Of a stretch of DNA of 64,000 nt, positions 21,562 through 30,444 are shown in pieces (position 1 is the stretch's first letter; each line of letters opens with the position of its first letter). A program made the translations under genes and the position numbers. The notes below the pieces were generated by a model that worked only from the letters and a program-made list of their open reading frames with translations, did no database searches and was not told the DNA's origin. Source of the stretch: an uncultured delta proteobacterium (GTDB lineage: Bacteria > Myxococcota > Myxococcia > Myxococcales > Myxococcaceae); the NCBI GenBank assembly GCA_963776345.1, contig CAVZMH010000015.1, positions 224,001 to 288,000 on the forward strand, read 5' to 3'.

Positions 21562-22593
21562 TCACAGGTAACGCGCGGCGAAGAACTCGCGGAGGCGCGC
21601 GTCGCTCCGGAGCAGGTCGAGCGTGAGATCGGCGTGGCCCGGCACGTAGCCGTTGCCGATGAGCATGGTCAGGTCCTTCCCGACTCCCTCGGCTCCGAGC
21701 GCGGCGGCGGTGAAGGACGTGGCCATCGAGAAGAAGATGGCTGTCCCGCCGTCTCGCGTGGAGAGCACCGTCGCCATCTCCGTCCCCGGCACGGAGGCGC
21801 AGTTGATGACCAGGTCGCACAGCGCGCCACCCGTGGCCTGCCGGACCGCCTCGAGCACGTCCACCGCGCGCGTCGCGTCCACCCGCAGGCCGACGTCGGA
21901 GACGCCCAGCTCGGCGAGCGCGGCGAGCGCCTTCTCGGAGATGTCGAGGGCCAGCAGCTGGCCCTTGCCCCCGGTGCTCCGGCGCGCCTGCGCCAGGCAC
22001 AGCACCCCGCTCTTTCCAGACCCGAGCACCGCGATGCGCATCCCCGGACGGGCGTAGCGGGCCACCAGCGCCGGGGCGCCACAGACGTCGAGCGCGGCGA
22101 GGACCAGCGTCTCCGGCATGTCGTCCGGCACCCGGGCCCAGATGCCACTGGCGAAGAGGATGGCGTGGCCGCGCACGTCCACTCGGTCCACCTCCATCCG
22201 GACCGCGCGCACCTCGTCGATGACCAGCGGGGTCAGCGACAGGCTCACCAGGGTCGCGATCCGCTCGCCGGGCCGGAGGCGCCCGTGCGCGGGGTGCTCG
22301 GGGCCGATCTCGCGGACGCGCCCGAGGAGCATGCCGCCCGAGCCGGTGACCGGGTTCTGCATCTTCCCCCGGGCCCGCACGATCTCCTGGATGCGGGCGA
22401 TGACCGCCTCGGGCTCGCCGCCACACGACTCGCGGATCTGCTTGAAGGAGGCGGCGTCGACGTTGAGGCTCTCCACGTCGATCAGCATCTCGGAGGGGCG
22501 CATCGGCAGCGACGGATCGAGCCGGCCGGCACGCTGAGGCAGCACGCCCGGCTCGCCGACCACCCGGCCCAGCCCGTAGGGATCGCTGGTCAC
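21562..22593 (-). CDS. kdd: L-erythro-3,5-diaminohexanoate dehydrogenase
   Basis: PYGLGRVV, LNVDAASF, RGKMQNPVTGSGGML, TLVSLSLTPL, LDVCGAPA, FFSMATSFTAAALGAEGVGKD. Confidence 0.92.
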   Translation of the reverse strand: MTSDPYGLGRVVGEPGVLPQRAGRLDPSLPMRPSEMLIDVESLNVDAASFKQIRESCGGEPEAVIARIQEIVRARGKMQNPVTGSGGMLLGRVREIGPEHPAHGRLRPGERIATLVSLSLTPLVIDEVRAVRMEVDRVDVRGHAILFASGIWARVPDDMPETLVLAALDVCGAPALVARYARPGMRIAVLGSGKSGVLCLAQARRSTGGKGQLLALDISEKALAALAELGVSDVGLRVDATRAVDVLEAVRQATGGALCDLVINCASVPGTEMATVLSTRDGGTAIFFSMATSFTAAALGAEGVGKDLTMLIGNGYVPGHADLTLDLLRSDARLREFFAARYL

Positions 22594-22627
22594 GGCGGCG
22601 CACGCTCGCACGAGCCGACCTGTGCCG

Positions 22628-23641
22628 TCACCCCTGCTGGCGCTCGAGCCGCGGGGCGAGGAAGGCCAGGGACCGGTCGAACCGGTACGTCGTCCCCATG
22701 TGCCCGTCCTCGTACTCCTCGTGGACCACCGTGGCCCGGCCGCCCTGGACGAGCCGGGCGAGCATCCGCGCGCCCCAGCGCAGACCGAACTCGTCCCGGG
22801 TTCCGCAGTCGATGAAGATGGTCTGGAGCGTGCGGAACGACTCCGGGTCGCGCTCGACGAACCGGACCGGGTCCTCCGCCAGCCACGTCGCCCACACCGG
22901 CTCGTCGATGCGGGCGGTCGCCAGGTCGAACGGGAGCGCCACCCCGAGCGGCTGGGACGGGTCGGGCGAGTACGCGGCCGCCATGGAGAGCAGGTTCAGG
23001 ACCGCGTGGTCGTCGCCGCCCATCTTGGTCTCGCGGACCCGCCGCTCGAAGCTGGCCCACCACGCGCCCACGCCGCCCGCACGCGCCAGGGCCGACGCCA
23101 CCTTGGGGAAATCGGGGAGGTAGCAGTACTCGAAGTAGGCGTCGGCGGAGTGCGACGCCATGTGGCCGAACACGCCCGGGAACCGCCGCATGAGCTGCCA
23201 CGAGCCGTATCCGCCCGAGCTCCGGCCTGCGACCGCTCGCGCGCCGGGAGACCTCAGCGTCGAGTACGTCCGGTCGACGTGACCGAGCACGTCGTGGACG
23301 ATCATCTGCCCGTAGGCGCCGTTCCCGGGTGAGTCGATCCACTGGCTCCCCCCGAGGCCGGTCAGCCCGTCAGGGAACACGGTGAGGAACGGCGGCGCCC
23401 CGGAGGCGAACAGCGCGTCCAGCCGGTCGACGATGCCGGGGCTGAACGGCGAGGTGTTGAACCACCCCGGGACCGAGCCCATGAATGCGTGGAGGAGCAC
23501 CACCACCGGGTAGCGCGCGGCGCCGGATTCGTAGCCCTCGGGCAGGTACACCGCGCACGGCCGGTCCACGGGGTCCCCGCGCGGGTTCCCGGCGAGGGCG
23601 GCACAGTGCATCGTCCGGATGTCGAGGTGACCGCGAGGCAC
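22628..23641 (-). CDS. Alpha/beta-hydrolase, putative esterase
   Basis: VYLPEGY, YPVVVLLH, GRSSGG nucleophile elbow, DCGTRDE, DGH; GTG start 23641. Confidence 0.85.
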   Translation of the reverse strand: MPRGHLDIRTMHCAALAGNPRGDPVDRPCAVYLPEGYESGAARYPVVVLLHAFMGSVPGWFNTSPFSPGIVDRLDALFASGAPPFLTVFPDGLTGLGGSQWIDSPGNGAYGQMIVHDVLGHVDRTYSTLRSPGARAVAGRSSGGYGSWQLMRRFPGVFGHMASHSADAYFEYCYLPDFPKVASALARAGGVGAWWASFERRVRETKMGGDDHAVLNLLSMAAAYSPDPSQPLGVALPFDLATARIDEPVWATWLAEDPVRFVERDPESFRTLQTIFIDCGTRDEFGLRWGARMLARLVQGGRATVVHEEYEDGHMGTTYRFDRSLAFLAPRLERQQG

Positions 23642-23658
23642 GGCTGCAGAGTCTGCCC

Positions 23659-24453
23659 TCAGGCCCCCGGCCTCGGGAAGCGGGCCATGACGGCCTGGAG
23701 GTCGGTCCAGGCGGCCTTCTTCTCTCCGGGGCTCCGCAACAGATAGGCCGGGTGGAAGGTCGGCATCAGCGGGATGCCCACGTACTCGCGCCACTGGCCT
23801 CGGAGGCGGGTGATGGGCGTGTCCGTCCGGAGCAGGGTCTGGGCGGCGAACTTGCCCAGGGTCACAATGACGGAGGGGCGGATCGCGTTCAGCTGCGCCT
23901 CGAGGAACGGCTGGCAGGACTCGATCTCGTCCGGCTCCGGGTTGCGGTTCCCGGGCGGCCGGCACTTCACCACGTTGCAGATGTAGACCTCGTCCCGGGT
24001 GTAGCCCATCGCGGCGATCATCTTGGTGAGCAGCTGACCGGCAGCGCCGACGAAGGGAATGCCCTGGTTGTCCTCCTCGGCGCCCGGGCCCTCGCCGACG
24101 AAGACCAGCTTCGCCCTGGGGTGGCCCACCCCGAAGACCAGGTTCTTCCGGCCGGAGCACAGCTTGCAGCGCTTGCACTCACCGAGCGCACGGCGGACCT
24201 CGTCGAGCTTCGGCGCCTCGTCCGGGACGGTCGCCTCGCCGGGGACCTCGGCATACTCCACGACCACCGGCGGCGTGCTGGAGCCCTCGACCGTGACCTG
24301 GACGGAGACCGCGGCGGAGAGCGCTCCGGGGGCTCCGTCCGTCGCCGCGTGCAGCTCGTCCCCGGCCACGTCCCGATGCCAGCCCAGGTAGCGGCGCACG
24401 TCCGCCAGGACCAGCGCCAGCGAATCCGCTGTCGGAAGCACCTCGTCCGCCAC
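23659..24453 (-). CDS. udg: Uracil-DNA glycosylase family 4 ([4Fe-4S])
   Basis: [39 protein letters not shown]. Confidence 0.93.
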   Translation of the reverse strand: MADEVLPTADSLALVLADVRRYLGWHRDVAGDELHAATDGAPGALSAAVSVQVTVEGSSTPPVVVEYAEVPGEATVPDEAPKLDEVRRALGECKRCKLCSGRKNLVFGVGHPRAKLVFVGEGPGAEEDNQGIPFVGAAGQLLTKMIAAMGYTRDEVYICNVVKCRPPGNRNPEPDEIESCQPFLEAQLNAIRPSVIVTLGKFAAQTLLRTDTPITRLRGQWREYVGIPLMPTFHPAYLLRSPGEKKAAWTDLQAVMARFPRPGA

Positions 24454-24669
24454 GCTTTGACGTCCCTCCCCTGCAGTTCGCTGCGACCCGGGGAATCTCC
24501 CATCCGGATCCGACGCTTCGAGAAGGCCTTCGCGAGGACCGAGGTCGGCCTCGAGGGGACGCGGCGCGGGACAAGCGGCCGCCGCCGGAGCTCGATGACC
24601 GGCCTGCGCAACCCCGATCGCTCGGACCGCGCGGGACCGGAGGCCGAGGGCTCGCCCCGGGGCGCGCCG

Positions 24670-24801
24670 CTCCAGCGCTCGAGATGCTATAGCATCCTCG
24701 CCTACTGAGAGTGCGGATCGGCCCTGCGTAAGCTCTTGATGTCAGGTAACGACTTCACGGTCCGTAGGTCTCTGAATGCTATAGCATCTTGAGCGCTGGA
24801 G
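24670..24801. repeat. 26-bp inverted repeat pair flanking an 80-bp core; each arm contains the palindrome ATGCTATAGCAT
   Basis: CTCCAGCGCTCGAGATGCTATAGCAT (24670-24695) vs ATGCTATAGCATCTTGAGCGCTGGAG (24776-24801), 25/26 complementary. Confidence 0.9.
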
Positions 24802-24834
24802 GGAGCGGGACCCGCGCCGAGACTCGCCAGCGTC

Positions 24835-26076
24835 TCAGGAGGTCGCGAGCGCGGCGGTCGAGCGCAGCGCGGCGATCCGGTCCCAGAGCCCGGCGGCCAC
24901 CGCGTCCTTCGTGCCAGAGAGCTCGAGCCGACCACCCGCGCGGTCGACGATCACCACTGCGTTGGTGTCCACGCCGAATCCGGCATCGGACCGCGTGACG
25001 TCGTTGGCGACGATGAGGTCCAGGCCCTTGCGGAGCAGCTTCGCGGTCGCGTTCTCCACCACGTTCTCCGTCTCCGCCGCGAATCCGACGAGCAGAGGCC
25101 GGCGGACGAGCCCCCGGACCCGCTCGGCTGCGAGGGCCAGCACGTCCGGGGTCCGGAGCAGCGCGAGCGGAGCGTCGGCTCCGGGTTCGCCCTTCTTGAG
25201 CTTCTGCTCCGCCCGCTGCGCCGGCCGCCAGTCGCTGACCGCGGCCGTCGCCACCAGCACGTCCGTCTGCTCGAGGCGCGACAGCACCGCATCGCGCATG
25301 TCCTCGGCGCTGACCACGTCCACCACCTCGAGCCCTGCGCGATCGACGGGACCCACCGGACCGAGCACCACCGTCACCTGCGCTCCCCGCGCCCGCGCCA
25401 CCCGCGCCACCGCGAGCCCCATCTTCCCGGTGCTCGGGTTGCTGAGGAAGCGCACCGGGTCCAGGAACTCGCGCGTCGGCCCGGCGGTGACCAGCACCCG
25501 CGTCCCGGCCAGCGGACCCGCGCCGAGCAGCTCCGCCGCGGCGTCGACGATCTGCTCCGGCTCGCTGAGCCGCCCCGACCCGACCTCTCCGCAGGCCAGG
25601 AGCCCCGACCCGGGTCCCACGAACCGGTACCGCGCGTCCTTCGCCAGCGTGGCGAGGTTGCGCTGCGTGGCCTCGTTCTCCCACATCGCGGTGTTCATCG
25701 CGGGAGCGAGGAGGACCGTCCCGCGGTACGCGAGCAAGGTCGCGGCGAGCGCGTCGTTCCCCATCCCGGCCACGATGCGGGCCAGGAGATCCGCCGTCGC
25801 CGGCGCGACGACGAACAGCTCCGACCACCGGGCGAACTCGATGTGCCCGAACGCCGCCTCCTGCGACGGGTCGAGGATGTTGGTGAGGACGGGATGCCCG
25901 CTCAGCGCCTGGAAGGTCAGCGGCCCCACGAACTCCGTCGCGGCGGGCGTCATCGCCACCCGCACCTGCGCGCCCGAGCGCTGGAGCGCGCGCACCAGCT
26001 CGGCGGCCTTGTAGGCCGCGATCCCGCCACCGACGCCGAGTCCGATGCGCCGGCCCTGGAGAACGCTCCGGTCCAT
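24835..26076 (-). CDS. coaBC: Bifunctional phosphopantothenoylcysteine decarboxylase/ligase
   Basis: GGIAAYK, APATAD, APAMNTAMW, LACGEVGSGR, TAGPTREFLDPVRFLSNPSTGKMG, GFAAET, IVANDV. Confidence 0.96.
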   Translation of the reverse strand: MDRSVLQGRRIGLGVGGGIAAYKAAELVRALQRSGAQVRVAMTPAATEFVGPLTFQALSGHPVLTNILDPSQEAAFGHIEFARWSELFVVAPATADLLARIVAGMGNDALAATLLAYRGTVLLAPAMNTAMWENEATQRNLATLAKDARYRFVGPGSGLLACGEVGSGRLSEPEQIVDAAAELLGAGPLAGTRVLVTAGPTREFLDPVRFLSNPSTGKMGLAVARVARARGAQVTVVLGPVGPVDRAGLEVVDVVSAEDMRDAVLSRLEQTDVLVATAAVSDWRPAQRAEQKLKKGEPGADAPLALLRTPDVLALAAERVRGLVRRPLLVGFAAETENVVENATAKLLRKGLDLIVANDVTRSDAGFGVDTNAVVIVDRAGGRLELSGTKDAVAAGLWDRIAALRSTAALATS

Positions 26077-26121
26077 TCCCTGGTCAGGAAGGCTTAGCCC
26101 CGGCCCCCTGCCCCGGCAACT

Positions 26122-28020
26122 TCACAGCGAGAGCCGAGTCGGCCCCGACACCTGGACGGTCCGCACGACCGGCGTTCCCTGGCGCAGCCCCACCACCGTC
26201 CACGTCCCGGGGCTCAGCCCGTCGAACCGCGCCGAGCGCTCCACGCCGAACACGAGCTGGCCCTCCCCGCGGGGCCCGGGGCGCTCGCCCGGGAGCGGCG
26301 CTGCGACCGCTCCCTTCTCCACCCAGAGCGCTTCCAGGGGCCCATCCACCTCCACCTCGAGGCTCGCCGAGCCGGCGCCGCCGCCCAGCACCAGCTCGGG
26401 CGCGGGCAGCCGCACGAACCACACCCGGCCCGGCTGCGCGTCGGTGGACGCACGGTAGTCACCGACGAGCGCCGTCCCGCCGGCGGTCCCGTCCGGCCCG
26501 GTGCTCCAGGAATAGGTCCGCACGCCGGCGAGCTGCACCGTCCGCCCCCGGGCGGGCGCGCCGTCGGGGCCGAACACCCGCAGCCGCACCGGCTGCTCGC
26601 CGCCGAGCACGATCTCCACCGGCGCTCCGAGCGGCCCCTCGACGCTCCCGGCCAGGTCTCCCCGTGCGGCGTGGACGAAGAGCGACGTCCCCGCGGGCGG
26701 CGGCTCGCTGATCGGCAGGTCGAAGGCGCCCGAGGCGTCGGACCGGGTCGTGTCGGGGCCGGAGCCCACCTCGGCGTTGGCCACAGCCGCCCCCGAGGCC
26801 AGCGTCACCCGTCCCTGGAGCCGCGGGGCCGGCTGCAGCGGGAGGTCGCCGAGCTCGGACACCGTCGCGCCGGCGCGGACCGTCCGGGTGAGCATGCCCG
26901 CCGCGCCCACCCGGAGCTCCACCTGCCCGTCCCGGGGCTCGAGCGGCATCGCGAAGCGCCCGTCCTCCGTCGTGAACGACCGGGCGTCCACGGAGAACGC
27001 GCGGACGGGCGCACCCGAGGGGCCCACCACGCGGCCACGGAAGACCGGGCGGTCACGCAGCACCAGCCGCACCGCGGACTCGCCTGGCCGGGCGGTGACC
27101 GGCACGTCGACCACGAGGTCCGGGGTGCGCGCGGTCAGCCGGTAGTCATGCCCCGGGCGGAGCCCCTTCAGGACGAAGCTCCCGTCGTCACCGCTCCGCG
27201 CAGGAACGCCCTCGGCCTCCTCGACGCCGACGAACGCCCCGGGCACCGGAGCGCCGGAGCGGTTGACCACGGTTCCGCGGACCACGCCCACCGCCGGGAG
27301 CGGCAAGGTGACCCGGGCGACGGTCCCCTCGCGCCCCTCGACCGGCAGGGCACCGCGGGCGCCGGTCTCCGGGAGCAGCGCCTCCACCTCGAGCGGCCCC
27401 CCAGGCAGCCCGAGGAAGCGCAGCGTGCCGCTGGCGTCGGTGGTCCGGTCGGCGTGGAACAGCGTGCCCTCCCCGCTCCGCTGCCGGACGGTGACCTCCG
27501 CCCCGGGAACCGGCCGCCCCTCGGAGAGGACCTGGAGCTCGAGCCCGGCGCGCGGCTCGAGCCGGAGCTCCACGTCGGGAGCGGGGGCGCGAACCTCCGT
27601 GCCGGCGAAGCCCAGGTCCGAGTGATGAGCCTCGAGGCGGACCGCCGCGCCCTCCTCGACCTCCAGCCGGAACCGTCCGTCGTCGCCCGTCCTGGCCTCC
27701 AGCCCGCGGGAGGCGACGACCACGGTCACCCCCGGCGCCGGCCGTCGGTCCCCTGCCAGCACCCGGCCGGCGACCGCACCCAGGCGCGCGCCGGGGCGTG
27801 GGGATGGGGGCGAGTCTCCGGGACCACGCGCGAGAGGGGGCGGAGCAGGCGTCCCACCGCTGCCGCCCGCGAGCGGTTCCGGAGTCCCCGGAGCGGGGGC
27901 GTGCTGGCGGGTGCGCAGCTCCCAGAGGCCGATGGCGAGCAGCACCACCGCCGCGGCCACCCAGGGCCAGAGGCGGCGCCTTCGGAACGTCGGCCGGACG
28001 TCGAGCGAGCGCGGACCCAC
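26122..28020 (-). CDS. Membrane-anchored protein with repeated carboxypeptidase-regulatory-like (prealbumin-fold) domains
   Basis: N-terminal TM, then repeats of GRV...PVPGA.V...TDxxGxF. Confidence 0.8.
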   Translation of the reverse strand: MGPRSLDVRPTFRRRRLWPWVAAAVVLLAIGLWELRTRQHAPAPGTPEPLAGGSGGTPAPPPLARGPGDSPPSPRPGARLGAVAGRVLAGDRRPAPGVTVVVASRGLEARTGDDGRFRLEVEEGAAVRLEAHHSDLGFAGTEVRAPAPDVELRLEPRAGLELQVLSEGRPVPGAEVTVRQRSGEGTLFHADRTTDASGTLRFLGLPGGPLEVEALLPETGARGALPVEGREGTVARVTLPLPAVGVVRGTVVNRSGAPVPGAFVGVEEAEGVPARSGDDGSFVLKGLRPGHDYRLTARTPDLVVDVPVTARPGESAVRLVLRDRPVFRGRVVGPSGAPVRAFSVDARSFTTEDGRFAMPLEPRDGQVELRVGAAGMLTRTVRAGATVSELGDLPLQPAPRLQGRVTLASGAAVANAEVGSGPDTTRSDASGAFDLPISEPPPAGTSLFVHAARGDLAGSVEGPLGAPVEIVLGGEQPVRLRVFGPDGAPARGRTVQLAGVRTYSWSTGPDGTAGGTALVGDYRASTDAQPGRVWFVRLPAPELVLGGGAGSASLEVEVDGPLEALWVEKGAVAAPLPGERPGPRGEGQLVFGVERSARFDGLSPGTWTVVGLRQGTPVVRTVQVSGPTRLSL

Positions 28021-28027
28021 GCCCCGG

Positions 28028-29299
28028 TCACTCCTCGGCGAAGGGCTGCACCGCCTGCGCCGCGGCGAGCTCCTGCCGGACCTCGGACAGCTCGTTGTTC
28101 GTCGCCCGGAGCCGGTCGGAGAGCACCTGGACGAAGGCCCAGAGGAGCTTCACCGCGAGGATCGGCTCGCGCTTCATCAGCTGCATCAGCTCGGCGCGCG
28201 CGATGACCATCGCCCGGGTCGGCTCGAGCGCCCGCACCGTCGCGCTCCGGGGCGCGTGGTCCACCAGCCCCATCTCGCCGAAGTGGCCGCCGGCGCGCAG
28301 CTCGGCCACGCTGACCCCGCCGGTCTCCACCCGCACCCGCCCCTTCACCACGATGAACAGCTCGTCGCCGGCGTGTCCCTCGGTGATGATCTCGGTGTCG
28401 GTCGGAAAGCTGCGCGTCGAGGCGATGGAGAGAACCGCCGTCTGCTCCTTGTAGGTGAAGTGACGGAAGATGGGGATGCTCTTCAGCACCTCCATCCGGC
28501 TGCTGGTCTCCTCGAGCTCCTCGATCGGCGCGCCGGCATCGGCGATGCCCACCACCACCGCGGTGACGTTGTCCTTGCCTCCGCGCTCGTTGGCCAGCGC
28601 GATCAGCTTCGCGGGCAGCTCGGCCAGCGGGACGGAGTCGACGACCGCCGGCAGCTCCTCGTCCGGGACGTAACCGTGGAGCCCGTCGGAGCAGAGCAGG
28701 AAGAGGTCCTTCGGCAGGAGGTCCACCATCAGGGTGTCCACCTGGACCGACTCCTGGATGCCCACCGCGCGGGTGATGACGTTCCGGAGCTGCGAGGCCT
28801 GCGCCTGCTCGCGGGTGAGCGTGCCGGCCTTGAGCTGGGCGGCGATGAGGGTGTGGTCCTCGGTCAGCCGGTGGGCCTGGCCTCCGCGGAGCAGGTACAC
28901 CCGGCTGTCTCCCACGTGCCCCACGATGGCCTTGGTCCCGGCGAGCACCAGGCACACCACGGTGGTGCCCATGCCGCGCTTGCTCGGATCGCTGGCCGCG
29001 AGTCGGTACACCTCTGCGCAGGCGCGCTGGATGGCGGTCTCGACCAGGGCCGCCGCCGCGGCGCGAGCCTCGGAGGTGCTGGCCTTGCCCAGGTCCTCGA
29101 GCACCTGACGACCGGTGCTGAGCTGCTGGCGGACGACCTCCACCGCGCGCTGGCTGGCCACCTCGCCGGCGGCGTGGCCGCCCATCCCGTCGGCGACCAC
29201 GAAGAGGCCGAGTTCGGGGTCGACCGCGTAGGCGTCCTCGTTGTGTTGCCGCTTCCGCCCGACGTCGGTCAGGCCGTACGCCTCGGCGGTCAGGGCCAC
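28028..29299 (-). CDS. PP2C (Stp1/IreP-type) Ser/Thr phosphatase with C-terminal cyclic-nucleotide-binding domain
   Basis: TDVGRKRQHNED, VADGMGGH, HVGDSR, LCSDGL, GGKDNVT; cNMP domain FGEMGL..HAPRSATVRA. Confidence 0.92.
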   Translation of the reverse strand: MALTAEAYGLTDVGRKRQHNEDAYAVDPELGLFVVADGMGGHAAGEVASQRAVEVVRQQLSTGRQVLEDLGKASTSEARAAAAALVETAIQRACAEVYRLAASDPSKRGMGTTVVCLVLAGTKAIVGHVGDSRVYLLRGGQAHRLTEDHTLIAAQLKAGTLTREQAQASQLRNVITRAVGIQESVQVDTLMVDLLPKDLFLLCSDGLHGYVPDEELPAVVDSVPLAELPAKLIALANERGGKDNVTAVVVGIADAGAPIEELEETSSRMEVLKSIPIFRHFTYKEQTAVLSIASTRSFPTDTEIITEGHAGDELFIVVKGRVRVETGGVSVAELRAGGHFGEMGLVDHAPRSATVRALEPTRAMVIARAELMQLMKREPILAVKLLWAFVQVLSDRLRATNNELSEVRQELAAAQAVQPFAEE

Positions 29300-29365
29300 T
29301 GGAGCGCTCCGCTCATCGCTCGAACCAAAGGCTGTGGCCGAGGTTAACAAGAACGCCCGGTCCGG

Positions 29366-29974
29366 CTAGCGCCAGTTGAGGAAGATGCCGCTCGAGAAGC
29401 CGCCGATGTCATTGGGGGAGTACCGCCGCGGGTCGTTGTTCCACGACTGGAGGACCCCGATGGTGACGCCCACCACGACCCGGCCGAAGCGGTAGCCGCC
29501 CTCGAGCCGTCCCTCGACGGTGCCGGTGGTGGCGGTGTCCTCGTGGACCGGGTCGCCGTTCACCACGTAGTTGCCGCCGTAGAGCGTGACCCCGGCGGTG
29601 ATTCGCCCGCCCACGTGCCAGCCCTGGGCCCAGTCACCCTCGTACGCGGCCCCGGCGTGGATGTGCCACTGGTGCAGCTCGGTCATCGGCGGGTCGGCGT
29701 TCTCGTTGGTGACGCTGCGCTTCACCGCCGCCCAGCCGCCACCGCCCTCGACGATGAAGTTGAGGCTGTCGATCCGCTGCTGGACGATCGGGATGTGCCA
29801 GGCGATGCGGAGCTCCGGGGTGATGTTGCCGTTCTCGAAGAAGGTCAGGACGGCGACCTCCCGGGGCACCCACACCGGGGTCAAGGAAGGCGGCTTCTCG
29901 GCTACCCGCTGGGCGAAGGCGGGGAGCCCGAGGAGGACGGCTGCCAGGAGGACGAGCGGGGTCAGGCGGCGCAT
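29366..29974 (-). CDS. Secreted protein, probable small outer-membrane beta-barrel
   Basis: Signal peptide ending PAFA, alternating amphipathic strands, aromatic C-terminus GIFLNWR. Confidence 0.6.
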   Translation of the reverse strand: MRRLTPLVLLAAVLLGLPAFAQRVAEKPPSLTPVWVPREVAVLTFFENGNITPELRIAWHIPIVQQRIDSLNFIVEGGGGWAAVKRSVTNENADPPMTELHQWHIHAGAAYEGDWAQGWHVGGRITAGVTLYGGNYVVNGDPVHEDTATTGTVEGRLEGGYRFGRVVVGVTIGVLQSWNNDPRRYSPNDIGGFSSGIFLNWR

Positions 29975-30132
29975 AAGTAGGCTGTCGGCTTGGCAGTTTT
30001 CCAAGGACATTGTCAACGGTCAGTGGCGTCGATTAGAGACCCGAGGTCGTGGTCGGCACATACCCCACGATGCCGGTGCGACCCACCCCGTTCGGGGACG
30101 CAGGGCGCCGGCGCGAGGAGTCTCACCAGGAC

Positions 30133-30321
30133 ATGGCACTCAAGACCATCAAGGCCCGAGCGGCGCAGGCAGCCGAGCTGCTCGAGTCGCTGAAACGCCA
30201 GGCGCGTGTGCGCCGGGCGGCGTGCAGCTCGCCGGTGCTCGTCGTCTACGGGCAGAACGAGGCGGCCAGCATCTACTTCGAGGGAGAGGACGGAGCTCCC
30301 CGCGGCGGCCGGGGACACTGA
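30133..30321 (+). CDS. Small hypothetical protein (62 aa)
   Basis: ATG after CAGGA, host-like GC3 codons, MALKTIKARAAQAAELLESLKRQ. Confidence 0.5.
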   Translation: MALKTIKARAAQAAELLESLKRQARVRRAACSSPVLVVYGQNEAASIYFEGEDGAPRGGRGH

Positions 30322-30444
30322 GGCAGCACACCGGGGGGCCCCGGGCCAGCTGGATCGTCCCGCGCCAGTTTCCTTGAGTTCCCGGATCCTTGTGTGTAGA
30401 GCCCCGGGAGTTCCGCCAGGACTCTCGCCTCCGGGGTTTGCTCG

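Noticed and set aside
24661..24818. Fold-back element considered as 6S RNA, retron msr-msd, attC or dif
   Set aside because: No zapA/ygfA context or large central bubble, no reverse transcriptase, no RYYYAAC/GTTRRRY ends and no XerD-arm match. Kept as an unexplained finding instead.
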